A DNA stretch of 64,000 nucleotides from Rebecca billardiae RCC1528 (Eukaryota; Protista; Haptophyta): NCBI GenBank assembly GCA_965240325.2, contig OZ251232.1, positions 2,108,001 through 2,172,000 of the forward strand, given 5' to 3'. Made by a program: the position numbers and the translations under genes. Below the pieces are notes generated by a model, which was given only the letters and a program-made list of their open reading frames with translations, did not search any database and had not been told where the DNA came from. Position 1 is the stretch's first letter. Every line of letters begins with the position of its first letter. Positions 43,001-55,587 of this stretch are shown piece after piece.

Positions 43001-43512
43001 CCGACCCAGCCGCCGCGCGCGTGCAGCGCGTCGTGGAGCTCGGCCATCCGCGGCTGCGACGCGTCGACCGACGGCAGGCCGAGCGCGCCCGAGTCCGGCG
43101 GGTGCCACGCGTTGGCCAGCCGGCCCGGCCTCGGCGCGAGCGCCCTCATGTTGGGGAACCACGTGACGAGGGCGATGGCGCCGTGCTCGGCGACGACGCG
43201 CGCGTGCATCTCGAAGGAGCACGTCAACGCTCGGATCGGCGCGATCACGACCACGCGCCCGCGCAGCGGCGTGCTGCCGACGTACCGCGGCGGGCACGTG
43301 TCGTGCACCCACTCTGCGTCCGAGTCGCCTCTCGTCGCCACGACGTCGCCCGTCAGGTCGAAGCTGCGGGGCGAGAAGCGGAAGGGCACGGCGTCGACCT
43401 CGAAGCCGACGAGCGCAGGCGCGGACGGACTGTCCACCACGACGAGGCGTGCCGCCACGGGTGCCAGCGCGGCGAGCGCGCACACCCCGAGCCAACCCCC
43501 TCGCGAGGGCAT
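40024..43512 (-). CDS. Signal peptide + PA-like ectodomain + multi-pass TM + cytoplasmic TIR/HET-like domain
   Basis: PA-like LRGRVVVI..CSFE.HAR....GAIALV; several TM helices; FVSHA.G..F..L, FFWVDVF, VLVLDPW.APLCLSRAWCLHE after removing introns 41418-41636 (GT-AG) and 41169-41315 (GC-AG). Confidence 0.7.
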   Translation of the reverse strand: MPSRGGWLGVCALAALAPVAARLVVVDSPSAPALVGFEVDAVPFRFSPRSFDLTGDVVATRGDSDAEWVHDTCPPRYVGSTPLRGRVVVIAPIRALTCSFEMHARVVAEHGAIALVTWFPNMRALAPRPGRLANAWHPPDSGALGLPSVDASQPRMAELHDALHARGGWVGVRVRLTPSASAFERVWTSHWFDLGRVLLGVQVLAVVELAACRLRAYARVGHRRRTPDGRVRPTIADATLWLHLCLGAARLCALALDPVGLFGALPWRASLCVHSVPWSILAVGSSLLLVYADGAVRSIGIAPSHLTLRSHKLALGGSVCFFVGVDVAANVAAVASGSPRALLVQMVLSPLCLSLCVALGATCMVARARSGLLELPTPLVRHVLRAAARVGYCALLLGALALARPWAQFRPVWLHVCAAAWNVVLSALSYAHVDAFQPVGVLVPRLPLRMLADACAARARACAPACARARRGEPAGGRAADRQLRAASVAPGGGTAPGAPTTMPDAPSPATLLRHGLARPQRARQPLLGVTVGFMRAIAAELELGAEAPSALVLERAARLTGDPRVSLAELARSRRASEADPPASGRARAFVSHARGCAFAKLLAALDEYTHAHALEPEGAFFWVGARAVWERARARAGGRRARAAGGARGRAPRAAARARAARCAVLRTARRLPPPAPGPTSARPAPRAAPPRAPAADVFSMRPVDAADSAAEVASIGELIAAIGTVVLVLGTRAARTPRAARTARRARRLRRCPPRARPAERARSRRARRAARRAARRADPWHAPLCLSRAWCLHEVLQAELARRGIGLKHRPSLELRLALAPAEGRALLDALREDHARVAASLTAFSVHDARAARPEDLHSIVDAATRALRPNPPPQRARPLSAHPTLRQGAGRAARAGPAGRAAEPTASAPEPGLAPAAGGAGGAGGAVHADGAAAAPPDGGGASAREEEARAIFNELVRAAVRSALALSAWSAARAGRASHSHPSHHAGGGRLHAPALRPAGAAAAAAAGTAGPHSAELESPCWLALLGAATEPPPAGAAAGGGGGGSAPRPSATACPARATDPAPDGGEEARGAEWGSAWMMPPLPVPSGAQYELPALEPAAEGGGEPARMPGALRRQIRQVRHIRQPAVLLPPGRRHGRLPTPDGGLPSGVGPAE

Positions 43513-43777
43513 GGTTGGGCCGAGCTCGTGTGGCTCGCGTAGTCATCAGTGGCCTTGGTCATCGAACACCGAGCCGTCAGCGGGTATTGACGACGGTTCA
43601 GATCCGTTCTCAATGATCGGTCATGCGAGACGATGGTTCATGAGCTACTACAGGTCGCTGCTTCGTTTTTCGGACTGCTTCGTCTTTCAGACCCGGCGAT
43701 GGCGACGCACCTCGCGCAGCGGCTGCTGTGTGGCGGGCGCCGCGCGGCAGGGCTAGGCGGCCTGTCGGCGCGTCTGG

Positions 43778-45150
43778 TGACCTCAACGCAGCTCTGGTGG
43801 CTGTGGGGCTGGAGCCCATCGCCTTCCCGATCGTGCTGTTGCTCGACAACCACTCGTCGCGGTACACGGAGGACGTGCTCGCAGCCCTCGGCACTGCTGA
43901 GTCCGAGTTCGGCATCCGCATCTTCACCGAGGAGCCGAACACGTCGCACTTCCTACAGGTAGGCGCCCGTGCGCGCGGACGGCTGCAGCGCCTCTCCGGC
44001 GCGCGCGCGTGCCCCGGGTGTACCTGGCGTGCAATCGGCCCGGCGCGCGCGCGCGACGCGCGCACAATCACCTCTCCGCCCTCGCGCGGCCGCACGCACC
44101 GTGAAGGCTCTCGATCAGTACAACCACAAGTTCCACTCGCAATACCAGAAGGGCCTGGCGTCTTTCAAGCACGCGTACACGGCGAGCTACGGCAAGGAGC
44201 CCACGATCGGCCTCCGCGAGTTCCTCCAGATCCTCGGCGGCTGTGAGGAGCTGTCCACGCCGGGTGCGTGGTTCTCGTGGTGTGACACCTTTGACATCAT
44301 CAACGCGTGGCGCAAGGTGGGCATCACGGGCAACGTGTTGGACCCGGACCAGATCAACAGGAAGGACTTCGTGGATCGTCTCGATGCCGCACAGGCGAAG
44401 GCGGAGCGCAGGCGGCAAGAGGAGGAGGCCGATGCCGCGTCGCTCGCGGCGGCGGCGCCGGCAGCGGCGCCAAGCACTCCGGAGCGCGGGGCTGCGCGCT
44501 CGGCCGACGACGGCGAGCCCTCTGGCGCGCACGCATCACCTACGTTTAGTGCGTTCACAGCCACGCCTGCGGGGATGCGCTCGAACACTGCTCCAGCCCT
44601 CCGCGCCAAGCTCGAGCTCGCCAAGGAGTACTCCGGCCGCCAGGCCGCCAAGCTCGTGCGCGAGCGTGATGAGCACGACGCCGAGCTCGCCGCGGTGCGC
44701 AAGGCGGTGAGGTTCGACCCGGGTGAGCTCGCAGACCAGCTCGGTGTCCTTCCAGTGCCCGCCGTGGAGCTCGCCGCGCCGAAGCCGGACAACACGCGGC
44801 TCGACAGCCAAAACGGCTCGTGGTCGTTGCGTGAGATCAACACGCAGAAGGCCGCGCAGACCGCGCAGAAGGAGGCCGAGGCGGCGCGCAAGGCGGCGGC
44901 CGCATCCGAGCGTGCGCGGAAGAAGGCGGAGGCGGAGGCAGCTGCTGCTGAGCTCGAGGCGAGCTTCGACCGCTGTCACCAGACCTGCTCGTGCGGCGTG
45001 TCGCCCTGCCCGATGGCGAAGGCGAGACGCTGCCCGACGTGCCAGAAGATCGATCTCCGAGGGTGGCTGTGCAAGAAGGCCGAGTGCTCGGAAGCTCGCA
45101 AGCAGTCGGCGCCGGCGCCGGCCGCGCCGGGCACCGCCGCGTCAGTATGA
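43778..45150 (+). pseudogene. 5'-truncated pogo/DDE_1-type transposase with intron 43959-44106 and C-terminal Cys-rich finger
   Basis: PIVLLLDNHSSR and EPNTSHFLQ|ALDQ match pogo/Tigger D2 and D3 motifs. No upstream HTH or first Asp in frame. Confidence 0.7.
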
Positions 45151-45845
45151 GCTGTCGTCGTCGACCGTGCTGGCCGCGCAGCCGCAGCGCCGGCTGGCGG
45201 TGGCGCGGAAGCCTAGTGAATCCCTGAGGTGGTCTGCTGCATATGTATGTGGTATCTAGAGTGCATGATGCCGTTAGCCCGACTCACACGCAGCTCACCA
45301 GACAGCGGCTCTGACTCGGCGCGCGCGCTGAGAGCCCGCGGGTCTGAAAGTTGAAGCATGCCGTCGGCGGCCCCGTCGTGGACCTCGTGGCGTCCGTGGG
45401 GCACATGGTAGTGATGGAACAAAGTCGTCTAAATGGTACATACCCGCTGGGTTGTACCTCAGGCACACCCTGGGGGTGCCGCCAGACGCGATCTCGAGCG
45501 CCGCAGACCCCCGGGGGCGCCGCCGCCATCGTGCACAAAAAGTGAACAGCAATCGGGTCCGAAAGTTGAAGCAGCGACCTGTAGTATTGTATCTCCCTTG
45601 GTGATGATGGAGTTTTGATGAACCAACGGCGGCTGAAACCGGTGAGAAAGTTGTCAGCATCATTATTTTGAGACTCGACCAGCGAGCTTCACTGTCAGCC
45701 CGACGCCGCGTGACTCGCCGAGTCGCCGGCGCCACTCTGTATATTACACGGCTGTAGAGGCCAGATGCTGCCCAGGATCCTGCCTAGCTGATCCGGATGC
45801 CGACCCGTGGCGCGATGCTTCGGCCCATCCCGCACCCGGGACACC

Positions 45846-48130
45846 TCAGCTCTCGCCTGCGCCCTGCGCCGCCAGCTCCACCGCGGGCGCGGGCACCGCG
45901 CACTTGTCCTCGAAGAAGCACTTGTGCAGCGCCTGCAACGCCTCGCGCTCCTTCTCGTCGGGCACGATGATGGAGATGTTGACCTGCGGGGCACGCGGCG
46001 GGGGCGGCGGGGGTGCGCGGCGGCGCGGTGGCTCGCCCGAGGCCGAATCGCGGCGCGGCCGCGGGCGCGGCGGCGGCGCGCGGCGGCCCTCCCACGAGCG
46101 CGGCCGCCTCGCGCGTCGCGCGCGTGCGCGCGTGCGCGCGCGCACCTTGGACGCGCCCTGCGACATCATCTCCACCTTCACGCCGAGCTGCGCCATCACG
46201 GCGAAGACGATGGCCATCACGGAGGACGAGCGGCTCACGTCGGCGATCAGCGTGATGATCGAGTGGCCCGTCGTCACCGACACCTCCGCCACCTTGCTCA
46301 GGTCGTTCAGCATGCCGGCGAGCTGCTCCGAGCCGGCAATCATGTCCGCGCCGCGCACCTTGCGCGGCGGCTTGAGGCTCTTGTTGAGCGTGAGCGAGAC
46401 GGAGACCTCGGACGAGGCGATCACGTCGACCGAGAGCTTGTGCTTCTCGAACGCCTTGAACACCTGCGCACGCCGCGCGCGGCGGGCGCGCGCCGCGCGT
46501 CAGCGCGCGCCGGGGCGAGGCGGCGCGCGCGCGGCGTGAAGGGGCCGCGCTGCCGCGGCGGGCGGGCGGGCGGCGGGCGGCGCGGCTGCGCTGCCGACGG
46601 CGCACACCTCGCTGAGGAAGCCGTACTGCCCGAGCATGCGCGTCGACGTGATGTCCACCATCGTCACGCCGGACTTGGAGGTGATCGCCTGCGCCGGCCG
46701 CCGCGGCGCATGCCGCCAGTGCGCGCGCGCGTCAGGCGAAGGCGCGCGGGCGCGCGGCAGCCGCGGTCCGAGCGCGGCGCGCGTCGCGAGAGGCGCGCGC
46801 GCGGCGGCTGGCGCGCGCGCACCGAGACGAGCGGCGGCTCCTGGTGCGTGCGCGTGATCAGCGTGCCCTTCGCCTCCGGGTTGTACGAGTTCTTCACCCG
46901 GACCGGGATGTCGACGCGCATCGCCGGCTGCATCGCCACCGGGTGCAGCACCTGGGCCCCAAAGTAAGCCAGCTCGGCCGCCTCCTCAAACGTGACGTAC
47001 GGGACGGGCTTGGCGTTGGGGCACGCGCGCGGGTCGGCGGTGAGGATGCCGTCCACGTCCTTCCACACCTGCACCTCGTCGAACCCCGCCGCCGCGCCGA
47101 CGAGCGAGGCGGTGAGGTCGGAGCCGCCTCGGCCGAGCGTCGTGATGCGCCCCTCCTTGTCCTTGCCTGCGGTGCGCGCCGGGCGCCGGGGCGCCGCGCG
47201 CCGCGCGCCGGGCGTCGGGCGTGAGCTGGGCGTCGGGCGCGGCGCGGGCGGGCGGCGCACGCAGGCACGCGCGCGCGCGCGGCCCACGCCCGAACGCCCG
47301 CGCGCCCGCCGCGCCGGCGCACGGCCGCCGCGCCGCGCGGCCGCAGCCGTGGCCGCGAGCGCGCGCGCACCGATGAAGCCCGTGATCACCGCGACGGTGC
47401 CCTTGGGCACGGCGTTGAGCTTGGTGCGGATGACGGGCCACGAGTCGTCGAGCACGGACGCGTCGCCAAAGTTCGAGTCGGTGATCACGCCCAGATCCCA
47501 CGACTCGATCTGCACCGCCGGCACGCCGATCTGGTTGAAGCGCGCCGCGACCATCCGGCCCGACATGCGCTCGCCAAACGAGACGAGGAGGTCGTTCGTG
47601 CGCGGCGAGAGCTCGCCGAGGAGGGCGACGCCCTCGAGCACGCGCTCGCACTCGTCGAGGAGCGTCACGATCTGCTGGTAGTACTCCGTGCCCGTCACGC
47701 CGAGCTGCTCCGCCGCCTCGGAGTGCAGTTTGCGCACGGCGCTCAGGTCGACCTCCTTGTCCTCGAGCGCCTTCTTGGCGGCGGCGAGCAGGTTGTTGGT
47801 GGTCTTGCCCATCGCGGAGCACACGAGGTGCGGCTCGATGCCGAGCTCGGTTATGCGCTTCTGCACGAGCGTGCACACCTCGCTCACCCGCTCCGCGTCG
47901 CGCACGGACGAGCCGCCAAACTTCATGATCACGCGCTTCGCCTCGACGTTGTCCTTGTCGGCCATCATGGCGACGGGCGGCATCGCGCGCGCTGGCCGCG
48001 CCGGCGGCAGCGCCGAGCGCGGCGTGGGGCGCCAGCATCGAGCCGCGCGGCCGCGCGACGCCGGGAGCACGCTCGCGCTCGCGCTCGCCGCGAGGGCGGC
48101 GGCCACGAGCAGCCACGCGCGCGATGCCAT
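45846..48130 (-). CDS. Aspartate kinase (plastid-targeted; 5 exons)
   Basis: [61 protein letters not shown] domains ([18 protein letters not shown]). Introns 47167-47370, 46689-46822, 46464-46607, 45984-46145. Confidence 0.95.
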
Positions 48131-48508
48131 CGTGGTTCGCGTGCAATTGGCGCGGTCGATCGGCGCTTCCACGTGAATTCAGACTGCCTCTCGGGGAGAA
48201 TCCCACGGCCGGAACCTTCCGGTCTCGGTTCCGGGGTCCGGATCTTGCGCGAGCTCAGGGCGGGACTGCCGGGACAGCGGGTGCGCACCCGGACCTGACG
48301 GGGTGACGAAGCCGGCTCGAGGTTTCGTTTCGAGCGCTCAACTCAGACTCGCGCAGTAGTCAGCGCAGACTGGGTTACCCGGGCGAGCCTGAAGCGGCGG
48401 CGGCCCAGGTCTTTCGGCTTGACGGTCGGGGGCCGATCGAGAGCGCGGCCGAAACAGGACCGCGCGGCCGAGGGAGGAGGCGCTTTCGGGCGCGGGGCAC
48501 GTGGTGCC

Positions 48509-51500
48509 ATGCTGCTGCGCGTCGCGCGGCGTGGGATGGCGTCGTCAGCGGGGCGGCCCATCAAGAAGCTGATGGCCGCGAACCGCGGCGAGATCGCCAT
48601 CCGCATCTTCCGCGCGGCGACCGAGCTGAACATCTCGACCGTGGCGATCTTCAGCAAGGAGGACATCCACTCGGTGCACCGGTACAAGGCGGACGAGGCG
48701 TACATGGTCGGCCGGGATAAGAGCCCGGTCGGCGCGTACCTCGCCTACGAGGAGATCGTCGAGATGGCGCTGAAGCACGACGTCGACGCGATCCACCCCG
48801 GGTACGGCTTCCTCTCGGAGAACGCGACGTTTGCGCGGCTGTGCGAGGACAACGGGATCCACTTCGTCGGGCCGCACCCGGACGTGCTGAAGAAGTTCGG
48901 CGACAAGACGCTGGCGCGCCAGCTCGCCATCGAGCACGGCGTGCCCGTCGTCCCCGGCACCGAGCACGCGCTCGAGGACCCGGCGGCGGCGCGCGCGTGG
49001 TGCGCGGAGAACGGCTACCCCGTCATCCTCAAGGCGGCGCACGGCGGCGGCGGGAAGGGGATGCGGATCGTGCGCGACGAGTCGGAGATCGAGGGCTCCT
49101 TCGCGCTCTGCTCCTCCGAGGCGCTCAAGTCCTTCGGCAACGGCGAGGTCTTCATCGAGCGGTACGTCGACCGTCCGCGCCACATCGAGGTGCAGATCCT
49201 CGGCGACGGCAAGGACGTCGTCCACCTGTACGACCGCGACTGCTCGGTGCAGCGGCGGCACCAGAAGGTGGTCGAGGTGGCGCCCGCGTCGGGGCTCTCG
49301 CCCGAGCTCCGGCAGACCCTCTTCGACCAGGCCTGCCGCCTCACCAAGGCCGCCGGCTACCGCGCGGCCGGCACGGTCGAGTACCTCGTCGAGCCCGCGA
49401 CCGGCCAGCACTTCTTCATCGAGGTGAACCCGCGCGTGCAGGTGGAGCACACGATCTCGGAGGTGGTGACCGGCGTGGACATCGTGCAGTCGCAGATCCT
49501 CCTCGCCGGCGGCGCGACGCTCGGCCCCGACCTCGGCCTCACGCAGGACGCCATCTCGGTGCGCGGGCACGCGATCCAGTGCCGCGTGACGACCGAGGAC
49601 CCCGCGAACAACTTCCAGCCCGACGTGGGGCGGCTGCAGGTGTGGCGGCCGGCGGAGGGCTTCGGCATCCGGCTGGACGGCGGCAACTCGTACGCCGGCG
49701 CCGTCATCTCGCCCTACTACGACTCGATGCTCATGAAGGTCACCGGCTCCGCGCTCACCTTCGAGCAGACGGCCGCCAAGGTGCGCGCGCGGCGCGCGGC
49801 GCGCGCGCGGCGCGCGCGCGAGCCGTCGGGCGGGGGCGGGCGCGGCGCGCGCGCGCGAGCGGCGCGGCGCGCGGCCCCGGCGGCGCGAGCGGCGCGGCGC
49901 CGGCGCGAGCGGCGCGGCGCCCCGCGCCGTCGCCGACCCGCCGCCCTCGCGCCGCCCTCCCGCCGCCCTCCCGCCGCCCTCGCCGCCGCCCATCCCGCCC
50001 CCTCACGCCGCGCGCGCGCCGCGGCCTGCGCCCAGGTCGCGCGCGCACTCCGCGAGTCGCGCATCCGCGGCGTCAAGACGAACATCCCGTTCATGCTGAA
50101 CGTGCTCAAGCACCCGACGTTCCTCTCGGGGCAGGCGACCACGTCCTTCATCTCGGACGCGCACGACGAGCTCTTCCACTTCCCGCGCGACGCCTCGCTC
50201 GACCGCGCCACCAAGATTCTCGGCTACCTCGGCGAGGTCGCCGTGAACGGGCGGTACGTGGTGGGCGCTGACGGGCCGACCACGCCCTACTTCGAGACGG
50301 TGATGCCGTCGTCGGAGGTGGAGCACCTGCCGGTGAAGCCGGGGCTCAAGCAGGTGCTCGAGCAGGGCGGGCCGGAGGCCTTCGCCAAGGCGGTGCGCGC
50401 GCACAAGGGCCTGCTCCTCACCGACACGACGTGGCGCGACGCGCACCAGTCGCTGCTCGCCACGCGCGTACGCACCAAGGACATCTGCGCGATCGCGCCC
50501 GCGACCGCGCGGCTGCTCTCGCCGCTCTACTCGCTCGAGAACTGGGGCGGCGCGACGTTCGACGTCGCGCTGCGCTTCCTGCACGAGTGCCCCTGGGACC
50601 GCCTCGCCGAGATGCGCGAGCTCGTGCCCAACATCCCCTTCCAGATGCTGCTGCGCGGCGCCAACGGCGTGGGCTACACCTCCTACCCTGACAACGTGCG
50701 CGCACACGCGGCGCGCGCGCACGCGGCGCGCGCGCACGCGACGCGCGCGGCGGGGCGCGTGCGGCGGGGCGCGTGCGCGCGTGCGCGGCGGCGAGGCCGG
50801 GGCGCAAGGCTCGCGGCGCGGCGTGGGGCGAGGGCAGGGCGCGCGCGCACGCGCGTGCAGACCGGGACGCGCGCCGCGCAGGGCGCACACAGCGCGGGGG
50901 CGGGGCGCGGGGCGAGGGAAGGCGCGCGGGTGGGTGGGGCGTGCGCGCGCGCGGGGCGCACACAGCGCGGGGGCGGGGCGCGGGGCGAGGGAAGGCGCGC
51001 AGGTGGGTGGGGCGTGCGCGCGCGCGGGGCGGGGCGCAGCGCGGGGCGCGCGGCGATGGGCACGCGCGCGCCCCAGCCGCGCCGTGCACGCACCGCGCAG
51101 CGCACCGACACCCCGCATGCCCCGCCCTGGCCCCCCGCCTTGGCGCTCACCCGCCCTGCCCGCCGCCTGCGCCCCTCGCCCCCTCCGCGCCCTCCTCCCT
51201 CCCCGCGCGCAGGTGGTGCACAAGTTCTGCGACGTGGCGGTGAAGCACGGCGTGGACGTGTTCCGCATCTTCGACTCGCTCAACTACCTCGACAACCTCA
51301 AGCTGGGCATCGACGCGGTGGGCTCGGCGGGCGGCGTGGTCGAGGCCACGGTCGCGTACACGGGCGACATCACCGACGCCTCCAAGACCAAGTGCGCGCG
51401 GCGGCGGCCGTCGCGCGCCACCGCGCGGCCGCCACGCGCGCCACGGCACGAGCGCGCGCGCGCGGCGCGGAGGGCGCGGCGCGCGCGGCTCTCTCACACA

Positions 51501-53179
51501 CGCGCCCCCTGCCCCGCAGGTACACGCTCGACTACTACCTCGAGCTCGTGCGCCAGCTCGTCGACGCCAAGGTGCACGTGCTCGCCATCAAGGACATGGC
51601 CGGGCTGCTCAAGCCCGCGGCGGCGACCATGCTGATCGGTGCGGCGCACAGGAGGCCGCGCGCGCGCGCGCGGGCGCATCGCGCGCGCCCCGGCCCGCGC
51701 CGCGCCGCGCCGCCGAGCGCGCGCTCACGCCCCGGCCGGCCGCGCGGCCGCGCGCGCAGGCGCCATCCGGCGCGAGTACCCCGACCTGCCCATCCACGTG
51801 CACACGCACGACACGGCGGGCACGGGCGTGGCGAGCATGCTCGCGGCGGCGCACGCGGGCGCGGACGCGGTGGACTGCGCGATCGACCCGATGTCGGGCA
51901 CGACGAGCCAGCCGTCCATGGGCGCGCTGATCGGCACGACCGCGCACACGCCGCTCGACACGGGCCTCACGATCGCCGACATCGTCCCGCTGCTCGACTA
52001 TTGGGAGTCGGTGCGGCTCGAGTACCACGCGTTCGAGGCGAACCAAAAGTCGGGCAGCGCGGACGTGTACCTGCACGAGATGCCGGGCGGGCAGTACACC
52101 AACCTGCTCTTCCAGTCGAAGCAGCTCGGGCTGGGCGGGCAGTGGCCGCAGGTGAAGGCGGCGTACGAGCAGGCCAACCTGCTGCTCGGCGACATCGTCA
52201 AGGTGACGCCCTCGTCCAAGGTGGTCGGCGACCTCGCGCAGTTCATGGTCGCGAACAAGCTCACGCCCGAGTCGGTGACCAAGGACGCGTCGCACCTCAA
52301 CTTCCCCTCGTCGGTCGTCGAGTACTTTGAGGGGCAGCTGGGCGAGCCGCACGGCGGATTCCCGCCCGAGCTGCAGCAGGCGGTGCTCAAGGGGAAGACG
52401 GTGTGCGCGCGTGCGCGCGTGTGTGCGTGTGCGCGTGTGCGCGTGTGCGCGTGTGCGTGTGTGCGCGCGTGTGCGTGCGCGCGCGCTCACACGCCCCGCC
52501 GTCGCGGCCGCGCGCGGCGCAGCCGATCAAGGGGCGGCCGGGCGCGAGCATGCCGCCGTGCGACTTTGAGAAGACAAAAGCGGAGATGGCGGAGAAGTTC
52601 GGCACGTCGGCCGACAAGATCGCCGACACCGACCTGATGTCGTACCTCATGTATCCCAAGGTGTACGCCGACTACGTCAAGGAGCAGGGGCGGTTCGGCG
52701 CGCTGACCAAGCTGCCCACGCGCGCGTTCGTCGAGCCGATGGAGAAGGGCGAGTCGATCGAGGTGGAGATCGCGCCGGGCAAGCTGCTCAACATCAAGCT
52801 GCTCGCGACCGGCGAGCTCGACCCCAAGGCGGGCACGCGCGAGGTCTTCTTCGAGCTGAACGGCGTGCCGCGCTCGGTCGTGGTCGTCGACAAGTCGGCG
52901 TCGGCGTCGCTCACGGCGCACGTGAAGGCCGACCCCGAGATGCCGGGGCAGGTGGGCGCGCCGATGGGCGGGATGGTCGTCGACCTCAAGGTCAAGGTGG
53001 GCGACGTGGTCAAGGCCGACCAGCCCACGATGGTCCTCTCCGCGATGAAGATGGAGACGGTCATCTCCGCGTCCATCGACGGCAAGGTGGAGAAGATCCC
53101 GATCGCGCTCAACGAGACGGTGAGCCAGGGCGACCTGCTGCTCACCATCCAGCCCACCTCGATGGTGCAGCCCGAGTAG
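48509..53179 (+). CDS. PYC: Pyruvate carboxylase (mitochondrial-type presequence; multiple introns)
   Basis: [82 protein letters not shown], biotin-attachment AMKM. Confidence 0.97.
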
Positions 53180-53793
53180 GGAGGACGCGGCGCGTGCGGA
53201 GCGGACGGACCGAGCGCCGCCGAGCGCGGGCTGCGCACGGACGCCGTCGGCGATGCCTGCGCGCTGCATGCGAGTCGGTGCCCATCATGCCGTCTCGACT
53301 CTCCGTGACCGTGCCACTCGGCCGCGCCGCCGCAGCCGCCGCAGCCGCCTGCGGCGAGTGGGCAGTCGCACGTGGCCGCGGTCGGGTGCGGTTGCGGACT
53401 CGTCGTACAGCGGGCCCGGGCTTGGGGGGCCGTACCGTAAGTGCGACGGCGGCGACTCGCTTCGGCGCATGATCAGTTGCGATTCATCTTGTAGCAGGCA
53501 TGCACTGTGTGAGAAGCAGCCTGCTCGTGCTAAGACTCAGCAGCCATCTATCGCTTACAGCTGACGGGGCTGCGATGGAATCAAGCCCAGGCCGGCCGCC
53601 CGGGGCATGTCAGGCGCCATCGTTCGACGCCGAGGTCCCCGAAACAGACGTACTGTTTTCCCTTTCGCGCCGGACTTCCGAAACAGCCTCACCCAGATTC
53701 CGACGAAGCCGCACTGCAGCTCGGTGCGCACACGCTGCGGCCGAGCAAGCAAGCAGCAGGGCCGAAGGCCGAGCCGAGCCCATCGCCGCAGCC

Positions 53794-55553
53794 ATGTCGC
53801 GCGGCGAGCCCGAGGGCGAGCTGATCATGCTCAAGCGCAAGCTCGGCGCGGAGACGAAGGCCCGCGCGGGCCTCGAGCAGTCCCAGAAGATCCTCGAGGA
53901 GGAGCTGCTCCAGATGCAATCCCGGCTCGAGGCGGACATGCAGGAGCGCGTCGAGCTCGAGAAGGCCAACCGCCGGCTGACGAGCGAGCTGACCGAGCTG
54001 CGCAAGGCCTCGCAGCACGACGCACGCGGGCGGGCGGGCTTCGAGGAGTACAAGGCGCGCGCCGACGAGGCGAACAAGGAGATGTCGCAGCAGCTGCAGG
54101 AGGCGCTCGAATCGAAGAACGCCCTCGAGGCGCATCTCGCGGAGACGTCGAACGAGGTGCGGGCGCCGCTCGAAGCCGCGGGGCGCGCGCGCGTGCTGGC
54201 TGGGTGGGGGGCGCGGTGCCCGCTCGCTCGCCACGCCGCCGTCCGCGCCCTGCCCTTGCCGGCGCGCGCGCGCGCGCGCGCGCGCGCGCGCGCTCGCCGC
54301 GCACGCGCGCATGCGCACGCGCACGCACGCGCGCGCGGCAGCTTGGGGCCAGCGCCTGACGCTGGCGCGCGGCGCGCGTGCGTACGTGCGCCCCGCCCCC
54401 TCCGCGCGCGCGCGCAGCTCCTCTCGGTGCGCCGCCGCCTCGAGTCCGAGCTCCGCGCGCGCTCCGGCCTCGAGGACGGGCGCAAGCTGCTCGACTCGGA
54501 GCTGGTCGAGGTGAGGGATGCGCTCTCGGCGAGCCGGCGCGAGATCGCGGAGCTGCGCGAGTCGCAGACGGACCTGGACGCGCAGGTGACGGACGCGCGC
54601 ACGAAGCTCGACTCGGACGCCAAGTCGCTGCAGGAGGCGCTGCTCGGCAAGAAGAAGGCCGAGCAGGAGCTCGCGCTGTACAAGCGCAGGTGCGTGCGCG
54701 CGCGGGCCGTGTGCGCGTGCGCGTGCGCGTGCGCGTGCGCGTGCGTGTGCGTGGCGTGCGGCGGCGCGCGGCGTGGGTAGCGCGTGCACGCGGACGCGCG
54801 CGCGCGAGAGAGAGGGGGGCGCGGCGGCGGCGGCGCGCGCGCCTGTGGGCAGCGCAGGCAGGCGGCTGCGCGCACGCATGCCGAGGGCTGCCCCGGCGGC
54901 GCCTCGGCGCGGTCGGCGCGCTTGCCGCGCGCGCTCCGGGCCGCGTGCCGCGCGCGCGCGCGCTGCCGCCCGCGCCGACCGCCGCCCCGGCCGCGCGCCG
55001 CCCACGCCGCCGCCGCCCCCGCGCCGCGGCAGGCACGCCGCCGAGGTGGAGGCGCGCGCGGGCATGGAGGAGACGCAGAAGCTGTACGAGGAGGAGCTGA
55101 CCGAGGTGCACAACCGACTCGCAATTGTGAACCGCGCGCGCTCGGAGCTGGAGGAGAGCCACAAGCTGCTGGAGGAGTCGAACGCGGAGCTGCGGCGCAA
55201 GCTGCAGGTGGAGGCGCGCGGCCGCGCGGAGGGGGAGCAGATCCAGCGCCGCCTCGGCGCCGAGCTGCAGGAGGCGCTCGCCAACCTCTCCTCCGACGAG
55301 AAGACGAAGCAGGTGCTGCAGGACACGCTCGCGCAGCGCGAAGACGAGCTCCGGCTCGTGCGCGCGCGCGCCGAGCGCGAGGCGCATGGCAAGACCAACT
55401 CGGAGGCGCTGCGCGTGACCGCTGAGGACGAGCTGACCAAGCTGCGCGCGCGGCACTCCGCCGAGGTGAAGGCGCGCACCGCGCTCGACGACTCGGTCAA
55501 GGTGCTCGAGACCGAGGTCGACGACCTGCGCCGCCGCGTCAAGGCCAAGGCCA

Positions 55554-55587
<34 letters not shown>

